Assembly (NCBI GenBank): GCA_029260905.1
Contig: JAJDCH010000011.1
Span: forward strand, 512-64,511
Direction: 5' to 3'
Length of the DNA: 64,000 bases
Origin: Candidatus Levyibacteriota bacterium
GTDB taxonomy: Bacteria; Patescibacteriota; Microgenomatia; Levybacterales; UBA12049
The translations under genes and the position numbers were made by a program. The notes under the pieces are model-generated. The model did not search any database and was not told the origin of the DNA. It saw only the letters and a program-made list of their open reading frames with translations. Positions 38,803-47,408 of this stretch are shown here, in pieces (positions within the stretch are counted from its first letter, which is position 1; each line of letters begins with the position of its first letter).

Positions 38803-39910
38803 AAGTATGGTTTCTATATTGAACAAAGACTTATTCCAGAAAGAAACTCAAAATGCCTCAAGGGGCTACTTTACTCTTGTGCAAAATCCAACAAAAGCTG
38901 AATTAAGGAACGGAATTTATAAGCCAAGATTAACCCTAACCAAAAGATTTAATACTTCGGGTAGATCTGAGTTGACCTTGTCTGTGGAACTCTCACTGCC
39001 AAAATTACTTTATGGAAACAACTTTGATGAGGTAAATGATGATGACTTTCCGATTGTCATAGACAAACTTAGTAATGTACTAAAAACAATGGGTGTAAGG
39101 GTGTTTAAGGAAATTCTCACATCAGCTCCTGTATCAGCTGTGCACTATTCAAAAAATATTCCCCTTACCGATGGCTCTACTCCTCATTACTTAATAAAGA
39201 AGATCAAAGAAGCAAACATTTCCTTAGCTCTTGATGTAAATCAAACTGATTACCGCAATGACGGACACAGTTATAAGTGGCACAGCAACTCTTACGAGGT
39301 GGCTTTTTATGACAAGATTAAAGATCTCGAAATGGCTGTCAAAAGCGATAAAAGATCTATAGAAAAAGATAATCGTTTACAACTCCACCTTTTCAACCAA
39401 ATAACTAAAAAACAAAAAACAGAAGTCTTACGGATGGAAGTAAGACTCAATAATAGACAAAAATTGAAGCAATTATTTAAGACTCTTAATATTGATAGTG
39501 AGCTCATTTTTAAGAGCTTGTTCAGTAAAGATATTTCTCAGTGCATACTCCTGCACTACTTAAGCGAAATAGAAAAACAGCGACCAAAGATACTAGACTA
39601 TTCCCCTTCCAACCCAACTTCTCTTCTAGCTGAAATTATTATCAGTAATCCCAATCTTGGAGCACAGAAAGTATTGCAGCTATTTGGATTAAAACAAGCT
39701 CTTGATACTATTCCTCCTCGTGAATTAAGAGTTATGCTTGGTAAATCTAGCAATAGAAGTTGGTACAGGTTAATCTCACAAACCAAAAACGTTGCACTCC
39801 CCAGTGTTAATAGCCCTTTTGAAGCTATAAGAAAAAACTTGATGGACTTTGAACTAGTAAAACTAGTTGATTTACAAGTCAAAATGTTAAATAATGATAA
39901 ATATAACTAA
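38771..39910 (+). CDS. Putative rolling-circle replication initiator (Rep_trans-like)
   Basis: YEVAFYDKIKDL and EVLRMEVRLNNRQKLK resemble the Rep_trans blocks FIRIYNK and LWRVEIELKR. The N-terminal IDTIKLTLD resembles the IDWLSFTF start. The start overlaps the SpoVG-like gene by 32 nt. Confidence 0.4.
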   Translation: MIDTIKLTLDKSMVSILNKDLFQKETQNASRGYFTLVQNPTKAELRNGIYKPRLTLTKRFNTSGRSELTLSVELSLPKLLYGNNFDEVNDDDFPIVIDKLSNVLKTMGVRVFKEILTSAPVSAVHYSKNIPLTDGSTPHYLIKKIKEANISLALDVNQTDYRNDGHSYKWHSNSYEVAFYDKIKDLEMAVKSDKRSIEKDNRLQLHLFNQITKKQKTEVLRMEVRLNNRQKLKQLFKTLNIDSELIFKSLFSKDISQCILLHYLSEIEKQRPKILDYSPSNPTSLLAEIIISNPNLGAQKVLQLFGLKQALDTIPPRELRVMLGKSSNRSWYRLISQTKNVALPSVNSPFEAIRKNLMDFELVKLVDLQVKMLNNDKYN

Positions 39911-40085
39911 TATGCCAGATGAGCAATATCACTCCATAGAAGAAGTCGCAAAGTTATTAAATGTGGCTTACTTAACGGTTTATCGTTGGGTAAAAAGTGG
40001 AAAGCTTCACGCTATTAAAGCTGGAAAGCAGTATCGAATAAATAAGGATGATCTAAATTCCTTTACTAGGATTAACAAAAAATAA
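39894..40085 (+). CDS. Excisionase/MerR-type HTH DNA-binding protein (Xis/AlpA-like)
   Basis: IEEVAKLLNVAYLTVYRWVKSGKLHAIKAGKQYRI. Confidence 0.7.
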   Translation: MINITNMPDEQYHSIEEVAKLLNVAYLTVYRWVKSGKLHAIKAGKQYRINKDDLNSFTRINKK

Positions 40086-40086
40086 C

Positions 40087-41907
40087 ATGGCAAACGAAAG
40101 AAAAACAGAAAACATCGTTAGAGAACATTTTAATCGATACAAAGAGCAATTAATTATTGAGGAGCAGTCTTCCGATGTTCCTAAGATAGATAAGTTGCTG
40201 CGACTTGCTTCAAAAAAAGGGAATGGTAAAGGATTCCCAGAGTTTATTATCAGATTTAAGAACAACCCCGATCTAATAATCGTAATAGAATGTAAAGCTG
40301 ACTTCCTAAAACACGAAAGCGAAAATAGAGATAGATATAGTGAATACGCTGTAGATGGTGTCTTACTTTATGCATCATATTTAGCAAAAGAATTTGACGT
40401 TTTAGCAATAGCGGTAAGCGGTGAATCCTTAAACCAATTAAAAGTGTCCCATTTCCTTCAACTGAAAAGTGATAACAAACCAACTCAAAAATTTGGAGTA
40501 CAACTACTTCCTGCAAATGATTACCTTGAGGGATATATCAAGAGTCCTGAGAAATTTCGTCAGGATTACGAAAAGTTACTCACCTTTTCTAAGGAACTAA
40601 ACGAGAAATTGCATGGCTATAAAATTTTAGAAAGTGATAGAAGCCTATTAATTAGCTGTATATTAATTGCACTTGAAAATACTGCATTTATTAAAACTTA
40701 CAAGGATTACTCAAGGGCTGAGGACTTAGCAAGATATCTAGTTGATACGGTAGAGATGGAGTTCAAAAACTCCAATATTCAAGATAAAAAACTCTCAATC
40801 GTTAAGGCTCGGTTTGAATTTATTAAAACTGATACTTCTCTTTCAACAGTTGATGGTGTTCTAAAAGAAATAATTACAGATATTAATGACAACATCAATT
40901 CATTTGTTAGGACTCATAGATACTTCGACGTATTGGGTCAGCTTTACGTTGAGTTTCTAAGATATGCAAACAGTGATAAAGGTCTAGGTATCGTACTTAC
41001 CCCTCCTCATATAACCGAATTTATGGCTGAACTCGCAGAGGTAAATAGAAGCAGCGTTGTATATGACAACTGTACAGGCACTGGAGGATTTCTTGTAAGT
41101 GCAATGAATTTAATGATTAAAGACGCCAAAGACGATTTAGACTTAATTAAAAACATAAAACAACATCAACTGATTGGCGTTGAGTATCAAGCTCACATTT
41201 TTGCTCTTGCTTGTTCAAATATGTTTATTCATCAAGACGGTAAGTCAAGCATACTTAATGGAAGTTGTTTTGACAAAACAATAATTGAACAAGTTAAGGC
41301 TTATAAACCAACAGTTGGTTTATTAAACCCTCCTTACAAAGCAGATAAGAAGAATGACGTTGAAGAACTAGAGTTCATAGTTAATAACTTGGAATGTTTA
41401 GAACAAGGTGGTCGATGTGTTGCAATCGTGCCTATGTCATCGGCATTAGCACAGAAAGGGAAAATTTTACAACTAAAGAAAAAGCTATTGGATAATCATA
41501 CTTTAGAAGCAGTACTCTCCATGCCAGACGAGCTTTTCTTTAACTCGAATGTGGGTGTTATCTCTTGTATTATGGTCTTTACAGCAAAAAGACCTCACCC
41601 ATCTAATAAGAAAACTTTTTTCGGTTATTTCAAAGATGACGGGTTTGAAAAGAGAAAAATGAAGGGAAGAATTGATATTAAAGGTAAATGGAAGTCAATT
41701 AAAGATAGTTGGATTGAAGCATATGTGAATAGGCAAGATATTGCAGGTTCAAGCGTCAATCAAGCAGTTAGAGCCGAAGATGAATGGTGTGCAGAAGCCT
41801 ATATGGAAACTGATTACACTGTTTTAACTAAGAAAGATTTTATTAAATCGGTAAAGGAATTTGTTTATTTTAAAGAGCTATTTACTTATGAAACTAAAGA
41901 AAATTAA
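40087..41907 (+). CDS. BcgI-like type IIB restriction-modification A subunit (N-terminal PD-ExK nuclease fused to a gamma-class N6-adenine methyltransferase)
   Basis: PEFIIRFKNNPDLIIVIECK (PD...ExK), methyltransferase motif I GTGGFLVSA, and motif IV LLNPPYK. Size and paired S-subunit match BcgI. Confidence 0.65.
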   Translation: MANERKTENIVREHFNRYKEQLIIEEQSSDVPKIDKLLRLASKKGNGKGFPEFIIRFKNNPDLIIVIECKADFLKHESENRDRYSEYAVDGVLLYASYLAKEFDVLAIAVSGESLNQLKVSHFLQLKSDNKPTQKFGVQLLPANDYLEGYIKSPEKFRQDYEKLLTFSKELNEKLHGYKILESDRSLLISCILIALENTAFIKTYKDYSRAEDLARYLVDTVEMEFKNSNIQDKKLSIVKARFEFIKTDTSLSTVDGVLKEIITDINDNINSFVRTHRYFDVLGQLYVEFLRYANSDKGLGIVLTPPHITEFMAELAEVNRSSVVYDNCTGTGGFLVSAMNLMIKDAKDDLDLIKNIKQHQLIGVEYQAHIFALACSNMFIHQDGKSSILNGSCFDKTIIEQVKAYKPTVGLLNPPYKADKKNDVEELEFIVNNLECLEQGGRCVAIVPMSSALAQKGKILQLKKKLLDNHTLEAVLSMPDELFFNSNVGVISCIMVFTAKRPHPSNKKTFFGYFKDDGFEKRKMKGRIDIKGKWKSIKDSWIEAYVNRQDIAGSSVNQAVRAEDEWCAEAYMETDYTVLTKKDFIKSVKEFVYFKELFTYETKEN

Positions 41908-42850
41908 CGAGTTATTTGATATTCAATATGGCAATAGTCTTGAGCTAGTAAATCTAACTGAGTGTGAGGCTGAAGATTTACACTCAGTAAACTTTGTGTC
42001 AAGAACTGAAAAGAATAACGGTGTTTCTGGAATAGTTGAGCAGCTACCTGACCTTGAACCTTTCGAGGCTGGACTCATTACAGTTGCTGGGAGTGGAAAC
42101 TCGGTTTTATCATCATTTATCCAAACTAAGCCATTCTATACAGGATTTCATGTATTTATTCTTCGTCCTCTATCTCCTATGTCTATGATAGATAAACTTT
42201 TCTACTGCTATACCATCAGATTAAATCAATATAAATATAGTTTTGGTCGTCAAGCGAATAAGACATTAAAAGATTTGTTAATTCCAAGCGAAGTACCCGA
42301 TGATTGGAAGAAGCTGGACATTAATAGTTTGAATAATCTCAACAACCAGAGCTTTGATCACAATGATATTAACCTAAATTCTTCTAACTGGGAGTATTTT
42401 AATTTAACGGACTTATTTGAAATTTCAGCTTCAAGAGATGAGTTAATAAATGATCTGAACCTTGGAGGCACAACGCCTTATATAACTTCATCAGACAAAA
42501 TGAATGGAATAACTTCAACAGTTGAAGACGAACCAACAAATCCCGCTGGAACGATAACTGCTAATCGAGGCGGCTCCGTAGGATATTTTTATTACCAACC
42601 CTTCCCTTATAAATCAACTCCAGTTGACGTAAGAATATTAACACCTAAGTTTCAAATAAATGTATATATTGGTTTATTTCTTAAAACCATACTTCAGTTA
42701 GAAAAATACAGATTTAATTACAGTAGGAAGATGGGTAGTGATCGACTAGCTGAATTTAGAATAAAATTACCAACCGAAAACGGTCAACCAAGCTGGTCAT
42801 TTATGGAACAATATATTAAGAGCTTGCCCTATTCAAGTAATTTAAACTAA
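41888..42850 (+). CDS. Restriction-modification specificity subunit (HsdS/BcgIB-like, two TRD-like halves)
   Basis: Start is placed at the ATG at 41888, overlapping the A-subunit stop by 20 nt. Two repeated TRD-like halves. Confidence 0.5.
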   Translation: MKLKKINELFDIQYGNSLELVNLTECEAEDLHSVNFVSRTEKNNGVSGIVEQLPDLEPFEAGLITVAGSGNSVLSSFIQTKPFYTGFHVFILRPLSPMSMIDKLFYCYTIRLNQYKYSFGRQANKTLKDLLIPSEVPDDWKKLDINSLNNLNNQSFDHNDINLNSSNWEYFNLTDLFEISASRDELINDLNLGGTTPYITSSDKMNGITSTVEDEPTNPAGTITANRGGSVGYFYYQPFPYKSTPVDVRILTPKFQINVYIGLFLKTILQLEKYRFNYSRKMGSDRLAEFRIKLPTENGQPSWSFMEQYIKSLPYSSNLN

Positions 42851-42852
42851 AT

Positions 42853-44334
42853 ATGAAAGCTATCGTAATCGCACGAGTTAGTACAGAAGAACAAAAAGAG
42901 GCTGGTAACTCCCTACCCGCACAAATTGCTAGGCAGAAGAAGTACTTTCAGAGTAAAGGATACCTGATAGAAAAAGAGTTTAGCTTTGATGAAAGTGCCT
43001 ACAAGAATAAAAGAGATGATTTTGACAATATATTGGACTATGTCCTTTCCCAGAAGGAAAAAATCGCAGTAGGATTTGATAAGGTTGATAGGCTATCCCG
43101 TAACATCTTTGATAAGCGTGTTTCTTTTCTTTACGAAAAGGCATTAAGAGATGAGATTGAAATACATTTTGTATCTGATGGTCAGGTTATAACAAGCCAT
43201 TTATCTGCAGTTGAAAAGTTTAATTTTAGTATAAGTCTTGGTCTAGCAAAGTATTATTCTGACGCCATAAGCGATAATGTTAAGCGTGCTCAAGAACAAA
43301 TGCTACGAAATGGGATCTATCCTAGCCGTCCCTCTTTTGGATATAAACGAGCTCCAATAACTAAAGATAAAACAGAAATTGTAGTTGATGAATATGCTTC
43401 TGTAATAGTAAGAAAAGCATATGAGCTTTATGCGACAGGTAGTTTTTCATTGGATTTGTTACGAAAAAAACTCAAAGAAGACTACGGAGTTAATTGGTCG
43501 CATGGCTGGACTGATAAAATTCTAAAAGATCACTTCTACTACGGTGTAATGACTTGGAATAAAAAGCAGTATAACCATAGGTATACTCCTATTATCACAA
43601 AAGCATTATTTGACCAAGTACAACAAATTAAGGCGGGTTTTAATAAGAAACGCTTCAAATATGCTGGATTGCCTTATGTTTTTCGTGGCTTATTACGCTG
43701 TGGGCATTGTGGGCTGTCTATTACACCAGAAAAGCAGAAAGGACATGTCTACTACCATTGTACGCAGTATAACGGCAAACACGGAGCAGAATGGCTACGA
43801 GAAGAAGAAATTACTAATCAGATAGGAAGGGTATTTAAGAATCTACAGTTGCCAGAAGATACATTAAGGAAAGTCGTTGAAACATTAAACTCTACTCATC
43901 AAAACAAAATGGACTTTCAAAATAAGCAGTTTGATAAATTAACCAAAGAAAGGACTGTAACAACCAATATGATTGATAATCTTTATCTTGATAAGTTAAA
44001 GGGGCGTATTACTGATGATGAGTATGACAGGTTTTATCAGTCATTCCGTGAACAATTAAGTGATATAGATACTCGGTTGGCATTACTTCAAGAAGCAGAA
44101 GATAACTACTACATTACGGCTAAATACATATTGGATTTGGCAAATCGGGCGTATGATCTGTTTGTAAGTTCTGAACTTGAAGAAAAACGGCAGTTAATCA
44201 AACTTGTACTTAAGAACCTTAAATTAGAGGGAAAAACTGTTCAATTTGAGGCTGTTAAACCCTTTGATACACTACTATCGTATCAAGATTATCTACCTAT
44301 GCTCCCCCGCGAGGATTCGAACCTCGGACCTTGA
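42853..44334 (+). CDS. Large serine recombinase (resolvase catalytic domain, recombinase domain, zinc ribbon)
   Basis: AIVIARVSTEEQKEAGNSLPAQ contains the catalytic Ser motif. Recombinase domain and CGHCG...YYHC zinc ribbon follow. The last 33 nt overlap the tRNA-Asn 3' half. Confidence 0.85.
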   Translation: MKAIVIARVSTEEQKEAGNSLPAQIARQKKYFQSKGYLIEKEFSFDESAYKNKRDDFDNILDYVLSQKEKIAVGFDKVDRLSRNIFDKRVSFLYEKALRDEIEIHFVSDGQVITSHLSAVEKFNFSISLGLAKYYSDAISDNVKRAQEQMLRNGIYPSRPSFGYKRAPITKDKTEIVVDEYASVIVRKAYELYATGSFSLDLLRKKLKEDYGVNWSHGWTDKILKDHFYYGVMTWNKKQYNHRYTPIITKALFDQVQQIKAGFNKKRFKYAGLPYVFRGLLRCGHCGLSITPEKQKGHVYYHCTQYNGKHGAEWLREEEITNQIGRVFKNLQLPEDTLRKVVETLNSTHQNKMDFQNKQFDKLTKERTVTTNMIDNLYLDKLKGRITDDEYDRFYQSFREQLSDIDTRLALLQEAEDNYYITAKYILDLANRAYDLFVSSELEEKRQLIKLVLKNLKLEGKTVQFEAVKPFDTLLSYQDYLPMLPREDSNLGP

Positions 44335-44373
44335 AGTTAACAGCTTCCTGCTCTACCGCTGAGCTACAGGGGA
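44302..44373 (-). tRNA. tRNA-Asn (anticodon GUU)
   Basis: Folded by hand. Acceptor stem UCCCCUG/CGGGGGA, D-arm GCUC-AGCGGUA-GAGC, anticodon loop CUGUUAA, variable loop AGGUC, T-arm CGAGG-UUCGAAU-CCUCG, discriminator G, no encoded CCA. Confidence 0.8.
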
Positions 44374-44432
44374 ATATTTCCGTATCTTCATCAGAATACA
44401 CGGTAATGGCTATTTTAGCATTTAATCCTCCT

Positions 44433-44466
44433 CAAATCCAGCTAGAAAATTAACGTAAAACCTAGT
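44433..44466. repeat. 34-bp perfect direct repeat, copy 1 (CAAATCCAGCTAGAAAATTAACGTAAAACCTAGT)
   Basis: Identical to 47353-47386. Together the two copies bracket the two-component system and the secreted protein. Confidence 0.85.
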
Positions 44467-44591
44467 CGCGGAGCCAAGTTCATTTTTGAAATCCTTAAAG
44501 ATTCTTAATATAACTAACTTCTGAATTATCTTCTTACATTACCCTATTTTGCTTAAGAAAACCTTAAGGAAAGTACGATATACTTCATATC

Positions 44592-45263
44592 ATGAGAATA
44601 CTTATTGTAGAAGACGAAATAAAACTGGCAAATGCTACTAAAAGAGCATTAGAGATACAAAAATATGCGGTAGATGTAGCATATACTGGGACAACTGGAC
44701 TAGACATGGCAATTGGAGAAGACTACGATTTAATTATTCTTGATGTGATGTTGCCTGGAACAGATGGTATCGAAGTATGCAGACAGATACGCACCGCGGG
44801 TAAGCATGTACCCATACTAATGTTAACTGCAAAAGGACAAGTAACAGACAAGGTTATTGGTCTTGATGTAGGTGCTGATGACTATGTTGTGAAGCCATTT
44901 TCATTTGAAGAGTTATTTGCACGAGTACGGGCACTTATACGTCGTCCAAAAAATACTACAGATACTATTCTTAAAATCCAAGATCTTACACTTGATCCTC
45001 AATCTTTCAAGATTACTCGAGCAGGAAAAGATATTGAACTTTCCACAAAGGAATTTTCCCTTCTTGAATATTTACTAAGAAATAAAAACAGAGTTTTATC
45101 GCGGGAACAAATTGTAGCTCATGTTTGGGATTATGACGCTGATGTACTTCCAACTACAATTGAGGTTCATATAAAACACCTGCGAGACAAGATTGATGCT
45201 CAGCATAATATACGAGTAATTAAAACTGTTCGAGGTAGAGGGTATACGATTAGAGATGAATAA
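44592..45263 (+). CDS. OmpR/PhoB-family response regulator
   Basis: Receiver aspartates (LIILDVMLPG), then a winged-helix output domain. Confidence 0.9.
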   Translation: MRILIVEDEIKLANATKRALEIQKYAVDVAYTGTTGLDMAIGEDYDLIILDVMLPGTDGIEVCRQIRTAGKHVPILMLTAKGQVTDKVIGLDVGADDYVVKPFSFEELFARVRALIRRPKNTTDTILKIQDLTLDPQSFKITRAGKDIELSTKEFSLLEYLLRNKNRVLSREQIVAHVWDYDADVLPTTIEVHIKHLRDKIDAQHNIRVIKTVRGRGYTIRDE

Positions 45264-45266
45264 ATT

Positions 45267-46280
45267 ATGTTTGAAAAGGCACGATTAAAATTAACCACTT
45301 GGTATCTACTAATAATTACGCTTATTACCGTTTTGTTCAGCATTGCCTTCTACCAGGCATCAACACGGGAGGTTGAACGATTAATTAATAGAATAGAATT
45401 TAGACAAGAGTTTCCTGGTATGTCTATTCCAGACAGACCTCCTCGTGGTGCTCCAACTCAACCAAATCTTGAAGAGTTAGAACAATCAAAAAGACAGTTA
45501 CTCTTTATACTAATTGTGATAAATTCGGGGGTAATAGTAGTTGCTGGAGTAGCAAGTTATTTCCTTGCTGGTAGAACACTACGTCCTATCAAGCTTATGC
45601 TAGATGAGCAAGATCAATTTATTTCAAACGCATCTCATGAATTAAGAACTCCAATTGCTACCATGAGAGCAGAAATGGAAGGAAGTTTGCTAGAAAAACA
45701 TATATCTGATAAAAATGCTAGGAGTTTAATTTTTAGCAACCTACAAGAGCTTGGTTCTTTGCAAAATTTAACCAACAATCTTTTGAAGCTTGCCCAAGTT
45801 CATAACTCTAGTTTTGATAACAATATGCACAAACTTTCTCTTCTTGAGATTATTAAATCTGCTAAAAATAAAGTTGCTATATTGGCTAGTAAAAAACAAA
45901 TCAAGATACTAATTAGGTTAGAAGAGTATTTTATTATTGGAGATAAAGCAAATCTTACAGAAGTGTTTGTAACACTGTTGGATAACGCTATTAAATATAG
46001 TCCAACAAAAAGTAACATTAAAATTATTTCAGAAAAACAGAATAAAGTTGTAAAGATATCAATCGTAGATCAAGGAGAGGGTATCTCTAACCGAGATCTG
46101 CCACATGTGTTTAGGAGATTTTTTCGGTCTGATAAGTCTCGTTCCAAGACAGAGGGTTATGGACTCGGACTTTCTATTGCACAAAGAATTGTTGAGACAC
46201 ATAAAGGGTTACTCACGGTAAAAAGTATTGAAAAAAAAGGTACAACATTTATTGTTCAGCTTCCCTTGATTAACTTCTAG
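45267..46280 (+). CDS. Sensor histidine kinase (HisKA plus HATPase_c)
   Basis: H-box NASHELRTPIATM, and the N/G1/G2 boxes (DNAIKYS, DQGEGIS, GLGLSIA). Two TM segments. Confidence 0.85.
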   Translation: MFEKARLKLTTWYLLIITLITVLFSIAFYQASTREVERLINRIEFRQEFPGMSIPDRPPRGAPTQPNLEELEQSKRQLLFILIVINSGVIVVAGVASYFLAGRTLRPIKLMLDEQDQFISNASHELRTPIATMRAEMEGSLLEKHISDKNARSLIFSNLQELGSLQNLTNNLLKLAQVHNSSFDNNMHKLSLLEIIKSAKNKVAILASKKQIKILIRLEEYFIIGDKANLTEVFVTLLDNAIKYSPTKSNIKIISEKQNKVVKISIVDQGEGISNRDLPHVFRRFFRSDKSRSKTEGYGLGLSIAQRIVETHKGLLTVKSIEKKGTTFIVQLPLINF

Positions 46281-46568
46281 AATTTAAGTAATTGTTAAGA
46301 ATGATTCATTAAATTAAGGTCATAGAAAGATTCTATCTATGACAAATCCTACAAATATCATTGTTTTCTACAAGAGCGAATTAATAATTTTATCAATCCT
46401 GAGTTTTAAGAAAGTAAATACTTCAATAAGAGTTTTTTATAACTATTTTCTTGATATTCTTGTCGACAAAACCATATCTATTATAGAAGAGGATGGGAGA
46501 GAAGAAAATTAAGCACATCTTAAGACACATTATTTATAGTAGGAAAGTGAGAAAGGAGGTGAAACAAA

Positions 46569-47105
46569 ATGAATAAAAAAACAATCGCAACATTCGCAGT
46601 CGTAACAGTACTAGGGCTTGGGATATTGGGATCATCGAGTGCATTTGCACAAAGTGCATCGAATAGTCAAAGCCCAATGTCCTCACTTGTGCAAAGAGTT
46701 GCAGAAAAGTTTGGTCTAAACCAAACAGACGTGCAAGCAGTCTTTGACGAAGCGCATGAGGAAAAGAAAGCCGAGAAGCAGGCTAATTTTGAGACTAAGC
46801 TCTCCCAGTATGTAGCAGACGGGAAGATAACTGAAGATCAAAAACAGCTTATTCTTCAGAAGCGTACCGAGCTAGATGCTCAACGTGAAACGAACAAAGA
46901 AAGTATGCAAAATCTTTCTGGTGATGAACGTAGAGCAAAAATGGAAGAAGAAAGATCTGCGCTTGAAGCTTGGGCAACGGAAAATGGTATTGACATCCAA
47001 TATCTGATGCCACAAGGAGGACGCGGCCATGGAGGCTTCAGAGGTCCCGGAGAACGACCAGCAGATGCACCAGAGGCAACTGTTGCTCCAACAACTACTC
47101 AATAA
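46569..47105 (+). CDS. Secreted helical protein, possibly a Spy/CpxP-like periplasmic chaperone
   Basis: Signal peptide with AFA-QS cleavage context. Charged helical repeats with LTxxQ-like elements (ITEDQKQ). Strong SD (AAAGGAGGTG). Adjacent to the two-component system. Confidence 0.35.
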   Translation: MNKKTIATFAVVTVLGLGILGSSSAFAQSASNSQSPMSSLVQRVAEKFGLNQTDVQAVFDEAHEEKKAEKQANFETKLSQYVADGKITEDQKQLILQKRTELDAQRETNKESMQNLSGDERRAKMEEERSALEAWATENGIDIQYLMPQGGRGHGGFRGPGERPADAPEATVAPTTTQ

Positions 47106-47127
47106 AAGGTAGTAGTGAAACCTTAAA

Positions 47128-47165
47128 ACAGCTCCCAGTTACCTCTGGGAGCTGTTTTTAATTAT
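47128..47165 (+). terminator. Rho-independent terminator of the 46569 gene
   Basis: ACAGCTCCCAG-ttacct-CTGGGAGCTGT followed by TTTTTA. Confidence 0.65.
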
Positions 47166-47352
47166 GAAACTAGATTGTTTTGGACTATAAATTGGAGCAC
47201 TACGTAATTTCTTTGTCTCATTCCATCTTTGCCTCAAGACTCCAATGTTTATCAGGTTCTTCAAACGATACCGAGCCATCGATTCCCATACAATTGCAAC
47301 TAAATATAGCTAACAAAAGAGACCAGAGATAAGCGAGCTAGATTTTTCAAAC

Positions 47353-47386
47353 CAAATCCAGCTAGAAAATTAACGTAAAACCTAGT
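47353..47386. repeat. 34-bp perfect direct repeat, copy 2
   Basis: Identical to 44433-44466. Confidence 0.85.
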
Positions 47387-47408
47387 AAAGCAAAAGGATA
47401 TTAGATTG

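Larger units (their letters stand above)
36400..44373. mobile_element. Integrated mobile element (serine-recombinase integrative element with RM/Mrr cargo) abutting tRNA-Asn; left boundary uncertain
   Basis: Contiguous Mrr, Rep_trans-like, Xis-HTH, BcgI-like RM and serine recombinase genes. The recombinase overlaps the tRNA 3' end. A clear attL copy was not found. Confidence 0.45.

Noticed and set aside
46319-46346. The hairpin GTCATAGA-N9-TCTATGAC after the histidine kinase as a terminator
   Set aside because: It has no following T-tract. It could be an operator or chance. It is not called.
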